Assembly (NCBI GenBank): GCA_963741955.1
Contig: CAVUKB010000001.1
Coordinates: 32,001 to 96,000, forward strand
Direction: 5' to 3'
Length of the DNA: 64,000 bases
Source: an uncultured Acidobacteriota bacterium
GTDB taxonomy: Bacteria > Acidobacteriota > Thermoanaerobaculia > Gp7-AA8
The notes under the pieces: generated by a model
Seen by the model: the letters and a program-made list of their open reading frames with translations, nothing else
Databases searched by the model: none
Told to the model about the DNA's origin: nothing
Translations under genes and position numbers: made by a program
Shown: positions 1-8,640 of the stretch, piece by piece
How positions within the stretch are numbered: the first letter of the stretch is position 1
Layout of the letters: every line of letters starts with the position of its first letter

Positions 1-2
1 TG

Positions 3-482
3 GGGAGGCTCGACGGCGTCAACATCTCGATCATCGGCGACATCGCCTACTCCCGGGTGGTTCGCTCCAATATCCATCTGCTCACGAAGATGAACGCAAA
101 CGTGACCCTCGCGGCGCCGCCGACTCTGATGCCGGCGGAAGTGGAGCGTCTCGGCGTCCGAGTCGTCCATTCGCTCGACGAGGCTCTGGAAGGTGCGGAC
201 GTGGTGATGATGCTCCGGATCCAGCTCGAGCGTCAGGGGAAGCTCTCGTTTCCTTCGCTCCGCGAGTACTTCAACACCTTCGGGCTGACTGCCGAACGGC
301 TCCGTCGGGCCAGGGAAGGGGTCGTGGTCATGCATCCGGGGCCGATGAACCGGGGCGTGGAGATCGCTTCCGACGTCGCCGACGGCCCCTTTTCCGTGAT
401 CCTCGAGCAGGTGACGAACGGAGTGGCCGTGCGGATGGCGGTGCTGTATCTGCTGGGTGGCGGACATCTGACCGAAGGATGA
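3..482 (+). CDS. pyrB: aspartate carbamoyltransferase catalytic subunit (5'-partial)
   Basis: ATCase C-terminal motifs [21 protein letters not shown] and [11 protein letters not shown]; directly upstream of dihydroorotase. Confidence 0.95.
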   Translation, partial: GRLDGVNISIIGDIAYSRVVRSNIHLLTKMNANVTLAAPPTLMPAEVERLGVRVVHSLDEALEGADVVMMLRIQLERQGKLSFPSLREYFNTFGLTAERLRRAREGVVVMHPGPMNRGVEIASDVADGPFSVILEQVTNGVAVRMAVLYLLGGGHLTEG

Positions 483-507
483 TTCACGCTCGATTCGAGG
501 ATTCGAC

Positions 508-1866
508 ATGGACTTGCTGATACAGAACGGACGGGTGATCGATCCGAGCCAGGGGCTCGATGAAGATCTCGATCTTCTGATCCAGGACGGAGCGATCGCG
601 AAACTCGGAAAGCGGATGAAGGCTCCGGCCTCGATCGAGAAGATCGACGCGAAGGGTCAGGTCATCACTCCGGGATTCATCGATCTCCATACCCATCTTC
701 GCGAGCCCGGACAGGAGCACAAGGAGACCATCCGCACCGGAACGAGAGCCGCAGTGGCTGGCGGCTACACCGCCGTTTGCGCCATGGCGAACACCGTACC
801 GCCGAACGACGAGCGGGCTGTCACCGAGATGATTCTCGCCGAAGCCGCGCGGAACGGCGCCTGCCGGGTCTACCCGGTCGGCGCGGTGAGCAAAGGCCTG
901 CGGGGTGAGGAGCTGGCCGAGCTGGCCGACCTCCGCGGTGCCGGTTGCGTCGCGGTGAGCGACGACGGCATGCCGATCGCGAACTCGCTCCTGATGCGGC
1001 GCGCGCTCGAGTACACCCGGATGCTCGGAATCCCCGTCGTGGCTCACGAAGAGGATCCGTTTCTCGCCGAAGGGGGCGCGATGCACGAGGGCTACTTCTC
1101 GACGCTTCTCGGGCTCAAGGGCATCCCCGCCGCCTCGGAAGAGACCATGACCGCGCGCGACGTCCTTCTGACCCGCGTGACCGGCGGACATCTCCACGTC
1201 GCGCACATTTCCACCCGAGGGGGAGTCGAGGCGGTGCGACGGGCGCGCGCCGAAGGGTTGAAGGTCACCTGCGAAGCGGCGCCCCATCACATCGCTCTGA
1301 TGGACGAGGCGCTGATCTCGTTCTCGACCAACCTGAAGATGAAGCCCCCTCTCCGTTCGGCCGATCATCGCCGGGCGCTGCTCGAGGCGATTGCCGACGG
1401 GACGATCGACGTGATCGCCACCGATCATGCGCCGCATCACGAGGACGAGAAGAACGTCGAATTCGATCTCGCACCGTTCGGGATCATCGGTCTGGAGACC
1501 GCATTCGCGGTCTGCAACGAGACTCTGGTCCGGGGGAAGATCGTTCCTCTCGGCCGGCTGATCGAGATGCTCACCTCCGCACCGGCGAGAGTGTTCGCGC
1601 TTCCCGGAGGGACTCTGCGCGAAGGATCTCCGGCCGACGTGACGATCGTCGACCCCACCGCCGAGGTGGTCTTCGAATCGTTCCGGTCGCTGGCGAAGAA
1701 TTCGCCCTTCACCGGCCGCCGTTATCACGGGAAGATCATGGCGACGGTGGTTGGTGGATCGGTGAAGTATCGCGCGGACGAGGGCGTCGCAGCAGTTGCG
1801 TCGTCAAGCGACAGATCCGGCGGAAAGAAGCCAGCCTCCCGGAGCGGCTCCAAGAGAAGACGATGA
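508..1866 (+). CDS. pyrC: dihydroorotase
   Basis: PGFIDLHTHLREPG, KMKPPLR and IATDHAPH motifs; follows pyrB. Confidence 0.95.
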   Translation: MDLLIQNGRVIDPSQGLDEDLDLLIQDGAIAKLGKRMKAPASIEKIDAKGQVITPGFIDLHTHLREPGQEHKETIRTGTRAAVAGGYTAVCAMANTVPPNDERAVTEMILAEAARNGACRVYPVGAVSKGLRGEELAELADLRGAGCVAVSDDGMPIANSLLMRRALEYTRMLGIPVVAHEEDPFLAEGGAMHEGYFSTLLGLKGIPAASEETMTARDVLLTRVTGGHLHVAHISTRGGVEAVRRARAEGLKVTCEAAPHHIALMDEALISFSTNLKMKPPLRSADHRRALLEAIADGTIDVIATDHAPHHEDEKNVEFDLAPFGIIGLETAFAVCNETLVRGKIVPLGRLIEMLTSAPARVFALPGGTLREGSPADVTIVDPTAEVVFESFRSLAKNSPFTGRRYHGKIMATVVGGSVKYRADEGVAAVASSSDRSGGKKPASRSGSKRRR

Positions 1867-2252
1867 GACCGGCGACCCCGAAGCGGGTGGTGATCGTGGA
1901 CGACTCCACCGCCTTCTGCGACCTCTGGGCGAACATCCTCGAGGAGCGGTACGAAGGAGTGGCCAGAGTGGAGACGTACCACCATCCGTACGACGCACTC
2001 CCGAAGATCGATCAGTCGATCGACCTCCTTCTGGTGGACCTCGAAATGCCGGGAATGGACGGACAGAAATTCGTCCACTACGCGAGGGAAAAGGGAGTGC
2101 CGGCGAAGCGGATCATCGTCACCTCGTCGCATCCCTCGGACGAGCTGCATGCGAGATTCCGGATCGGAGACACCATCGCCGTGATCAACAAGACGGAGCC
2201 GAAACAGCAGGAGGCATTCCTGATGATTCTCGACTCCATCATGCGGAAATGA
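1863..2252 (+). CDS. single-domain response regulator (CheY-like receiver)
   Basis: VVIVDDS and LLLVDLEMPGMDG motifs; ATG at 1863 overlaps the pyrC stop (ATGA). Confidence 0.85.
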   Translation: MRPATPKRVVIVDDSTAFCDLWANILEERYEGVARVETYHHPYDALPKIDQSIDLLLVDLEMPGMDGQKFVHYAREKGVPAKRIIVTSSHPSDELHARFRIGDTIAVINKTEPKQQEAFLMILDSIMRK

Positions 2253-2322
2253 CGCGGTTCGATTCACAACCGAAGCCGATTCCGTTACATTCAGAAGCGA
2301 CACACCCGAAGCGGAGCCGCCC

Positions 2323-3798
2323 TTGACCGCCGAAAACACGAACTCGACATCCACCGCCACGGAGAGCACGCCGCTCACCCTGAAGGATCTTCTCGTCTTC
2401 ATGGCGTCGAAGGAGGCCTCGGATCTTCACCTCAAACCGATGCGTCCTCCGCTCCTGAGGATCTCCGGGAAGCTCGTTCCGGTGAAGACGGATCCCCTCA
2501 AGCCGGCGGACCTCGAACGGATGCTCCTGCCGATCCTGAACAAACACCAGCAGGAGAAGTTCGAAGCGCATCAGTCGGTCGATTTCGGTTACGGCGTTCC
2601 CGGAGTGGCGCGGTTTCGCGCCAACCTCTACCTTCAGCGGGGAACGGTCGCCGCGGTGTTCCGCCGGGTCCCGATCCAGATCCTCGGAATCGAAGAGCTG
2701 GAGTTGCCGCAGGCAGTCCGCGATCTGACGGACATTCCCGGAGGGCTGGTGCTGGTGACCGGTCCGACCGGATCGGGGAAGTCGACCACCCTGGCGGCGA
2801 TGATCTCCGAGATCTCCGCCCATGAAGCGCTGCACATCGTGACCATCGAGGATCCGATCGAGTTTCTCTTTCAGGACAAGGTCGCGGCGATCTCACAGCG
2901 CGAGGTCGGCAGCGACACCCCGACCTTCGAGGAAGCGCTGAAGAACACCATGCGGCAGGATCCGGACGTGATCATGGTCGGCGAGATGCGCGACCGCAGC
3001 ACCATGCAGACAGTGCTCACGGCGGCCGAGACGGGACATCTGGTCTACTCGACGCTTCACACCAACAATGCGGCGCAGACCATCGACCGGATCATCGATG
3101 CGTTCCCTCAGGAACAGCACAAACAGATCCGGGCACAGCTCGCGCTCGTATTGCGAGGCATCATCTCACTCAAGCTGGTCAAGACCGTCACCGGGAAGAT
3201 GACCGCCGCGGTGGAGATCCTGAAGAACTCGCCGAAGATCGCCAAGCAGATCGAAGAGGGGAGTACCAGGGAGATTCTCGAGGAGATCGAGAACTCGGTC
3301 GGTTACTACAGGATGCAGTCCATGAACCAGTCGCTCATCGCGCTGCTCGCTCATCAGAAGATCCTGTATCAGGATGCGATGGAGCTCTCCGGCGATCCGG
3401 AGGACCTGTCGCTGAAACTCAGAAAGATGTTTCCTGCGATCGAAGAGCGCGTTCGCAAGGGAGGCGAAGGAATGCCCAGCTATTCGGATTTTTCCCAGAT
3501 CACCGAGCTGATGGAGATCAAGCGGCTTTACGAAGAGCAGGAAGAGAAATTCCGTATGCGTCTGCTGGAGAAGGATGAGGAGCTCGAGAACCTGCGACGC
3601 GACCTCGATTATCACTCCCAGTCGGTGGCCGAGCAGGAACAGAACACCGGCCAGAAAGACGACGAGATCAACCGTCTGAAGGGAGAGCTCGAACGGCTCA
3701 GGGCCGAGGCGCAGTCGAAGATCAATTCACTGCAGGAACGGATCAAGGAGCTCAACCAGAAACTGATGGCCGGCGGGGCAGGACCGGCGCGACGCTGA
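2323..3798 (+). CDS. pilT: PilT/PilU-family type IV pilus ATPase with C-terminal coiled-coil extension
   Basis: ASDLHL, Walker A GPTGSGKST, TIEDPIE, RQDPDVIMVGEMRD, AAETGHLVYSTLHT. Confidence 0.88.
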   Translation: MTAENTNSTSTATESTPLTLKDLLVFMASKEASDLHLKPMRPPLLRISGKLVPVKTDPLKPADLERMLLPILNKHQQEKFEAHQSVDFGYGVPGVARFRANLYLQRGTVAAVFRRVPIQILGIEELELPQAVRDLTDIPGGLVLVTGPTGSGKSTTLAAMISEISAHEALHIVTIEDPIEFLFQDKVAAISQREVGSDTPTFEEALKNTMRQDPDVIMVGEMRDRSTMQTVLTAAETGHLVYSTLHTNNAAQTIDRIIDAFPQEQHKQIRAQLALVLRGIISLKLVKTVTGKMTAAVEILKNSPKIAKQIEEGSTREILEEIENSVGYYRMQSMNQSLIALLAHQKILYQDAMELSGDPEDLSLKLRKMFPAIEERVRKGGEGMPSYSDFSQITELMEIKRLYEEQEEKFRMRLLEKDEELENLRRDLDYHSQSVAEQEQNTGQKDDEINRLKGELERLRAEAQSKINSLQERIKELNQKLMAGGAGPARR

Positions 3799-3843
3799 CG
3801 TGACGAAGTGCGAGAACCGTCCGCGACCTGATCCGACGACGAC

Positions 3844-4203
3844 ATGACCACCACTCCTTCCAGAGAGCTCGAGACCTTCCCCAATCCGAATCCCGAGCGC
3901 GACTACGAGATCGCGTTCGAGGCGCCGGAGTTCACCTGCCTGTGCCCCATGACCGGTCAGCCCGATTTCGCCACCATCCGGATCCGCTATACGCCGGATT
4001 CGAAGTGCGTGGAGCTCAAGTCCCTCAAGCTCTATCTCTGGTCGTTCCGGAATGAAGGAGCGTTTCACGAGGCGGTGACCAACCGCATCCTCGACGACCT
4101 GGTCGGCGCGCTCGATCCCCGCTGGATCGAGGTCGAGGGAGACTTCTTCGTCCGCGGAGGGATTCACACCGTGGTGAGGGTGGAACATCGCAGGAACGGG
4201 TGA
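3844..4203 (+). CDS. queF: NADPH-dependent 7-cyano-7-deazaguanine (preQ0) reductase
   Basis: [25 protein letters not shown] and FHE motifs. Confidence 0.95.
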   Translation: MTTTPSRELETFPNPNPERDYEIAFEAPEFTCLCPMTGQPDFATIRIRYTPDSKCVELKSLKLYLWSFRNEGAFHEAVTNRILDDLVGALDPRWIEVEGDFFVRGGIHTVVRVEHRRNG

Positions 4204-4313
4204 ATCCACAATCCACGATTCGGAGCTCGGACTGGAGGACTGACCCTCCTCCCCCCACACGGAGGGCGAACCTTTCGGATCTCCTCCCCGATCCTCCGTG
4301 GCGCTCGGTTGTT

Positions 4314-4494
4314 AACCCGCATTTCTCACACCATCTCGTCGCGAGGAGGCAGAGAGTGGCCTGGATGCAAGGCGCGCCTCGCTTCGGCGACGAAGGCTTA
4401 GTGGTGACTATGTTGAGGAGCCGAAGCGGGGCTCAACGCAGCAGACAGGCCGCTATCGGGCTCCGCAGCAGAGATGGTGTGAGAAATGCGGGTT
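4314..4494. mobile_element. MITE-like element with perfect 24-bp terminal inverted repeats
   Basis: AACCCGCATTTCTCACACCATCTC (4314-4337) is the exact reverse complement of 4471-4494; interior is non-coding and self-complementary. Confidence 0.6.
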
Positions 4495-4529
4495 GAGATC
4501 GCGCTTCCGGCATCACTCGCAGCTGCCGC

Positions 4530-5243
4530 CTACCGGCAGTTTCGTGCGCGGCGGTAGCCGGCGGCGAGCGCTTCGGCCTCGGTCTCGAACACCACACGGT
4601 TGTGCGGCGACACCTCCGACCACCCGGGACAGCCGGGGAGATGGTAGAGATGACTGCGCCGGTTCGCGATGACCTTTCCCGCGAGCGACGCGGCCGGCGG
4701 CTCCGGAGGGGGAGCGCGCCGGGCCGACGGCGGTTCACCGCGCCGCGCGAGACGCCGGAACTGCCACGGAGGGATCGGATCGGCTGCGGCCCACAGGCCT
4801 GCGCGCGCCGCCCGGGCCCTCCGATGCGCCTCGGCGTAGAGGCGGCGGTCGCGCGGCGGGAGCTCGTTTTCGTAGTGCGCGTAGAACCAGGCGAGCCCGG
4901 CGCGGATCTGCTCCAGTCCGGCATCGGTATCTCCGATCAGCACCCGGCCGACGAAACGCCCGTAGTCGTCGACCTTCGTGATCTCGACCGTGACTTCGCG
5001 TCGGTAGACGAGACGGTCGAGATGCGAGCGCGAGAGGTTGCCGAAATCCTGGCCGCGCTCCGGCGCATCGATTCCCTGCAGCCGGATCCGGCTGGTGTGC
5101 TTCGTCGCGTCGAGGATGGTGATCGTGTCGCCGTCGGCGACGGAGACCACGCGGCCGCGGAGGACGCGCGTCGCGGTGAGAGCCGGTGCCGCGAGGCCGG
5201 AGAGAACAAGTGCAGCGATCGCGAGAGACCGCAAGGAGCGCAT
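4530..5243 (-). CDS. secreted thermonuclease (SNase family) with C-terminal Ada metal-binding-like domain
   Basis: Signal peptide; VADGDTI, IRLQGIDAPE and DDYGR motifs; C-terminal IANRRSHLYHLPGC...EAEALAAGYRRARNC; TATAAT 6 nt before ATG 5243. Confidence 0.88.
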   Translation of the reverse strand: MRSLRSLAIAALVLSGLAAPALTATRVLRGRVVSVADGDTITILDATKHTSRIRLQGIDAPERGQDFGNLSRSHLDRLVYRREVTVEITKVDDYGRFVGRVLIGDTDAGLEQIRAGLAWFYAHYENELPPRDRRLYAEAHRRARAARAGLWAAADPIPPWQFRRLARRGEPPSARRAPPPEPPAASLAGKVIANRRSHLYHLPGCPGWSEVSPHNRVVFETEAEALAAGYRRARNCR

Positions 5244-5295
5244 GAGGCGATTATAGTGGCGAGAGGCGAGGAATCGGGGCCCGGGGGTCAGGGCC

Positions 5296-5482
5296 ATACG
5301 CACTAACTTTTGCCTTTCTCGTGAGTGCACAGGCCTGCGAATCGGGTCGGCAACGACGAATGCAGAATGCAAAATGCAGAATTGAGAGCTGAGAAGCGAC
5401 CCCAGCCCTTCTTCATTCTGAATTCTGCACTCTGCATTCGTCGGGCGATGCCTTCATTTCGCTCCTCAAAGTTTGTGCGTAT
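5296..5482. mobile_element. MITE-like element with 15-bp TIRs and 13-bp flanking direct repeat
   Basis: ATACGCACTAACTTT / AAAGTTTGTGCGTAT (1 mismatch); GGGGGTCAGGGCC at both 5283-5295 and 5483-5495. Confidence 0.65.
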
Positions 5483-5664
5483 GGGGGTCAGGGCCCGGGG
5501 AAAGAGACTGCCGTCTGCTCCGATGAGACGAACAGGAAGAGACGAATGCAGAGTTCAGAATTCAGGCGCCACCGGCGGGCGGCGGCCATCTTTGACCAAA
5601 CGAACGGCGGGAGCGAATTCAAAATCGTCCTCCTGCCGCGAAGGGGCCGCCACCGGAAAGAGAG

Positions 5665-7248
5665 GGATCTCCTAACAGGTGTGTAGCAGAGTTCATAGGC
5701 CGAGAGGATGGAATGCGATTGCTGACGTACAGAGGAACGCCATTGCGATCAGAGCTTCCGCGGTGTGAAAGCCGAAAGCGCGGTGACTGAGCATTCGGAT
5801 CTTGTTGTTGCAGCCTTCAGCAACTGCATTCGTGAGTCGATACTCGAAGTAACGGCGGATGCCAGGCCATTTCGCCGCGACGGTTCGCGCGAAGCGAACG
5901 AGGGGTTGAATGCGGCTATGAACCGCGGACTGATACCAGCGCTTGAACCGTCGATCAGCTTGGCGGACGGACGAGGAGTCATAGATGTCCTGAAAGGATT
6001 CCTTGACCAGGTAACTGCGAAAGAGGGTGTGATTCATCCGCGCGAGCTCCGAGAGTTTCGCCTCCTCGGCATCACGCAGGTTCCAGGGGTTCTTCAGGAG
6101 GACGAACCGAGTGGATTTGAGAGCGGAGCGCTCCTCGCCGGTGGCCTTTCGCATCTCGTCCCGCCTCACCTGATCGATCGCATTCCCGAGGAGTTGGACC
6201 ACGTGGAACCGATCGAAAACGACCTCGGCGTTCGGCAGTCGGTCGCGAACAGCTTTCTCGAAGGCCGCGCTCATGTCGATGCTCACCAGACGGATTCGCG
6301 CGCAGCGCTCGGGGCCGAGCAGATCGAACAGCCCGTCGAGAACCTCTGCACTTTTACCCTTCGCCGCCCAGATCATCTGCCCGGTCTCGTGGTTCGTGAC
6401 CACGGTCATGAACTTCTTCGGCCGCCCCCAGCAGATCTCGTCGATGCCGATCCGGGTCAGATTCTCGAGCGCGTTCGGGTCGCGTTTTTCGGCAACCACT
6501 CGAGCGGCGATCCGTCCGGCCGTGAGCCAGCTGACCTTGAAGTACGCCGAGACCGCGGTTTGATTGGATCGCTGCAGAAACCAGGCAAGCTCGTCTTCGA
6601 ACGCGCGGGTGAACATCGAACCAGGCCGTGCCCACGGAACCGCGGCCGTTCGCACCCCGCAGCGGCGGCAACGCACCCGCGGCAGATCCGCCCGCAGCAT
6701 CACCCGGCATCCCCAGAGGCCGAGATGACGCCATTCGCGATGCTTCATCACCGTTCCGTGAAGCTCGGGAGCAACCCGTCCGCACCCTCCGCACCGCGGA
6801 CGTCTCCACGTTGGACTCACGTCGAGATAGAGACTCCGAGCTTCGAACCGAACCCCGCGAACCGTTACGTTTGCCATGTTGAGCAACTTCCGGAACAATG
6901 TCGTCAGGCGCACCGTGCCTGTCCTCCCCGTGTCTTGGTTTCATCGACTACAGACTACGGGAAATGGGCAGCACGGTTCGCCGATTCCAACCTGCTATCG
7001 CTGCTTCGATCTTCACCTCTCCACGAGCAGCGACTTTCGGGGCTCCTTCAGATCCTTCCGCGACGGCGGGGCAAGTTGTGGGAACGGCGGAAAACGCGGC
7101 GGCCGGGTGGCGGCGTTTTCCGCGGTTTCCACAACTTCGCTTTCCGAACGCTTCGGCGAACACCGACTTGCTCCTCGAAAACAGCCGCGTCGCCGTTCCT
7201 GCATGCCTCCGACAATCATTCCGCACCTACACACCTGTTAGGAGAACC
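5665..7248 (-). mobile_element. ISL3-family insertion sequence
   Basis: 22-bp IRs GGATCTCCTAACAGGTGTGTAG / CTACACACCTGTTAGGAGAACC; 8-bp TSD AAAGAGAG at 5657-5664 and 7249-7256. Confidence 0.93.
5693..6913 (-). CDS. ISL3-family transposase
   Basis: Zn finger CGGC...CRRC, IGIDE, IDMSAAF, FDRFHVV, TNAVAEGCNNKI. Confidence 0.95.
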   Translation of the reverse strand: MRLTTLFRKLLNMANVTVRGVRFEARSLYLDVSPTWRRPRCGGCGRVAPELHGTVMKHREWRHLGLWGCRVMLRADLPRVRCRRCGVRTAAVPWARPGSMFTRAFEDELAWFLQRSNQTAVSAYFKVSWLTAGRIAARVVAEKRDPNALENLTRIGIDEICWGRPKKFMTVVTNHETGQMIWAAKGKSAEVLDGLFDLLGPERCARIRLVSIDMSAAFEKAVRDRLPNAEVVFDRFHVVQLLGNAIDQVRRDEMRKATGEERSALKSTRFVLLKNPWNLRDAEEAKLSELARMNHTLFRSYLVKESFQDIYDSSSVRQADRRFKRWYQSAVHSRIQPLVRFARTVAAKWPGIRRYFEYRLTNAVAEGCNNKIRMLSHRAFGFHTAEALIAMAFLCTSAIAFHPLGL

Positions 7249-7256
7249 AAAGAGAG

Positions 7257-7418
7257 GAGCGCGATCATTCGTCGCACCCCGAAGGGGTGGCGGATTTCGC
7301 AGCAGAATGAAGAAGGGTTCGTAGTTTTCTCAACTCCAAACTCTGCATTCTGCATTCGGTGCTGCCGACCCAACCCCCACGGAAGTTCCGTCACGAGAAA
7401 GCCAAAGTCAGTGCGTAT
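7257..7418 (-). repeat. diverged inverted copy of the 5296-5482 MITE-like element
   Basis: Reverse complement reads ATACGCACTGACTTTGGCTTTCTCGTGA...GGGTCGGCA...CGAATGCAGAATGCA...CCCTTCTTCATTCTG, collinear with 5296-5420. Confidence 0.6.
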
Positions 7419-7466
7419 TCCCCCGACCCCCGGCCCCCGATCCCTGACCCCCGATCCCCGACCCCG
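7419..7466. repeat. degenerate heptamer tandem repeat (CCCCGAC/CCCCGAT-like)
   Basis: Read directly; lies immediately after the purC stop. Confidence 0.65.
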
Positions 7467-7467
7467 T

Positions 7468-8355
7468 CTACAGCGCGAGCTCTTCGCCCGTGAGCGTCCG
7501 GTACGCTTCGAGATATTTCTCGAGGCTCTTCCGCACCACCTCTTCCGGCAGTTCCGGTGCGGGAGGCGTCTTGTCCCACCCGGTGGTCTCCAGCCAATCA
7601 CGCACGAACTGCTTGTCGAACGACGGCGGGTTGGATCCTTCCGAGTACTGATCCGCAGGCCAGAACCTCGAGGAATCGGGGGTCAGGGCTTCATCGATCC
7701 AGACGATGCGATCTCCGATCCGGCCGAATTCGAATTTCGTGTCGGCGATGATGATCCCGCGGCCCTTCGCGTACTCCGCGGCCCGGACGTACAGCGAGAG
7801 CGTGAGGTCGCGGAGCTTCGCGGCGAGCTCGCCCCCGATGATCTCCGACATCCGCTCGAACGAGATGTTCTCGTCGTGACCGCTCTCTTCCTTCGTCGCG
7901 GGAGTGAAGATCGGCTCGGGGAGCTTGCTCGCCACGGTGAGGCCGGCCGGCAGCTCGATGCCGCACACCGTTCCCGACTGCCGGTACTCCTTGTATCCGG
8001 AGCCGACCAGATAGCCGCGCGCGACGCACTCGATCGGGACTACCTCACATTTCTTCACGATCACGCTTCGTCCACGCAGTTCATCGTGTTTCTTCAGCTC
8101 CGCCGGGAACTTTTCGAAGTCGGTCTCGATCAGATGGTCCTCGACCTCCCGGAAACGCCGGAACCAGAAGTTCGAGATCTGCGTCAGGATCACCCCTTTG
8201 CCCGGAATGCCGGGCGAGAGGACGACGTCGAACGCGGAGATCCGGTCCGTTGCTACGAAGAGGTACGACTCGCCCAGATCGTAGACGTCACGGACCTTTC
8301 CGCGGCGGTGCAGAGGAAGCGGGAGCTCGGTACGGGAGATCGCTTTTTCCATCAT
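7468..8355 (-). CDS. purC: phosphoribosylaminoimidazolesuccinocarboxamide (SAICAR) synthase
   Basis: RGKVRDVY, TDRISAFD, IECVARGY, IADTKFEFG, DEALTPDSSRFW, SFDKQFVRDWL. Confidence 0.97.
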   Translation of the reverse strand: MMEKAISRTELPLPLHRRGKVRDVYDLGESYLFVATDRISAFDVVLSPGIPGKGVILTQISNFWFRRFREVEDHLIETDFEKFPAELKKHDELRGRSVIVKKCEVVPIECVARGYLVGSGYKEYRQSGTVCGIELPAGLTVASKLPEPIFTPATKEESGHDENISFERMSEIIGGELAAKLRDLTLSLYVRAAEYAKGRGIIIADTKFEFGRIGDRIVWIDEALTPDSSRFWPADQYSEGSNPPSFDKQFVRDWLETTGWDKTPPAPELPEEVVRKSLEKYLEAYRTLTGEELAL

Positions 8356-8570
8356 GAGCGGTCTATGTAAAGGGGGAGGAGCGGGATGTCAAGAGGTTGC
8401 GATGACCCCGCGTTCCGGGAACGTTCGGATGAGTCCGACACGTCCCGCTCGTCCGACGGGTCTGACGATTCTGATCAGCCTGACGAATCGAGGGGGAACT
8501 TTATTCTGCAAAAATGGCCAAAAACAGCACTATTTGCGCGGAAATGCATACTGTTCAGAATAAGATCTCT

Positions 8571-8640
8571 CCTCGCCTCTCGCCTCTCGCCTCTCGCCTC
8601 TCGCCTCTCGCCTCTCGCCTCTCGCCTCTCGCCTCTCGCC
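8571..8640. repeat. perfect heptamer microsatellite (CTCGCCT) x ~10
   Basis: Read directly; abuts the stop codon of the 8641-10689 gene. Confidence 0.9.

Noticed and set aside
3799-3843. preQ1 riboswitch before queF
   Set aside because: Short GC-rich spacer without the A-rich tail or loop consensus
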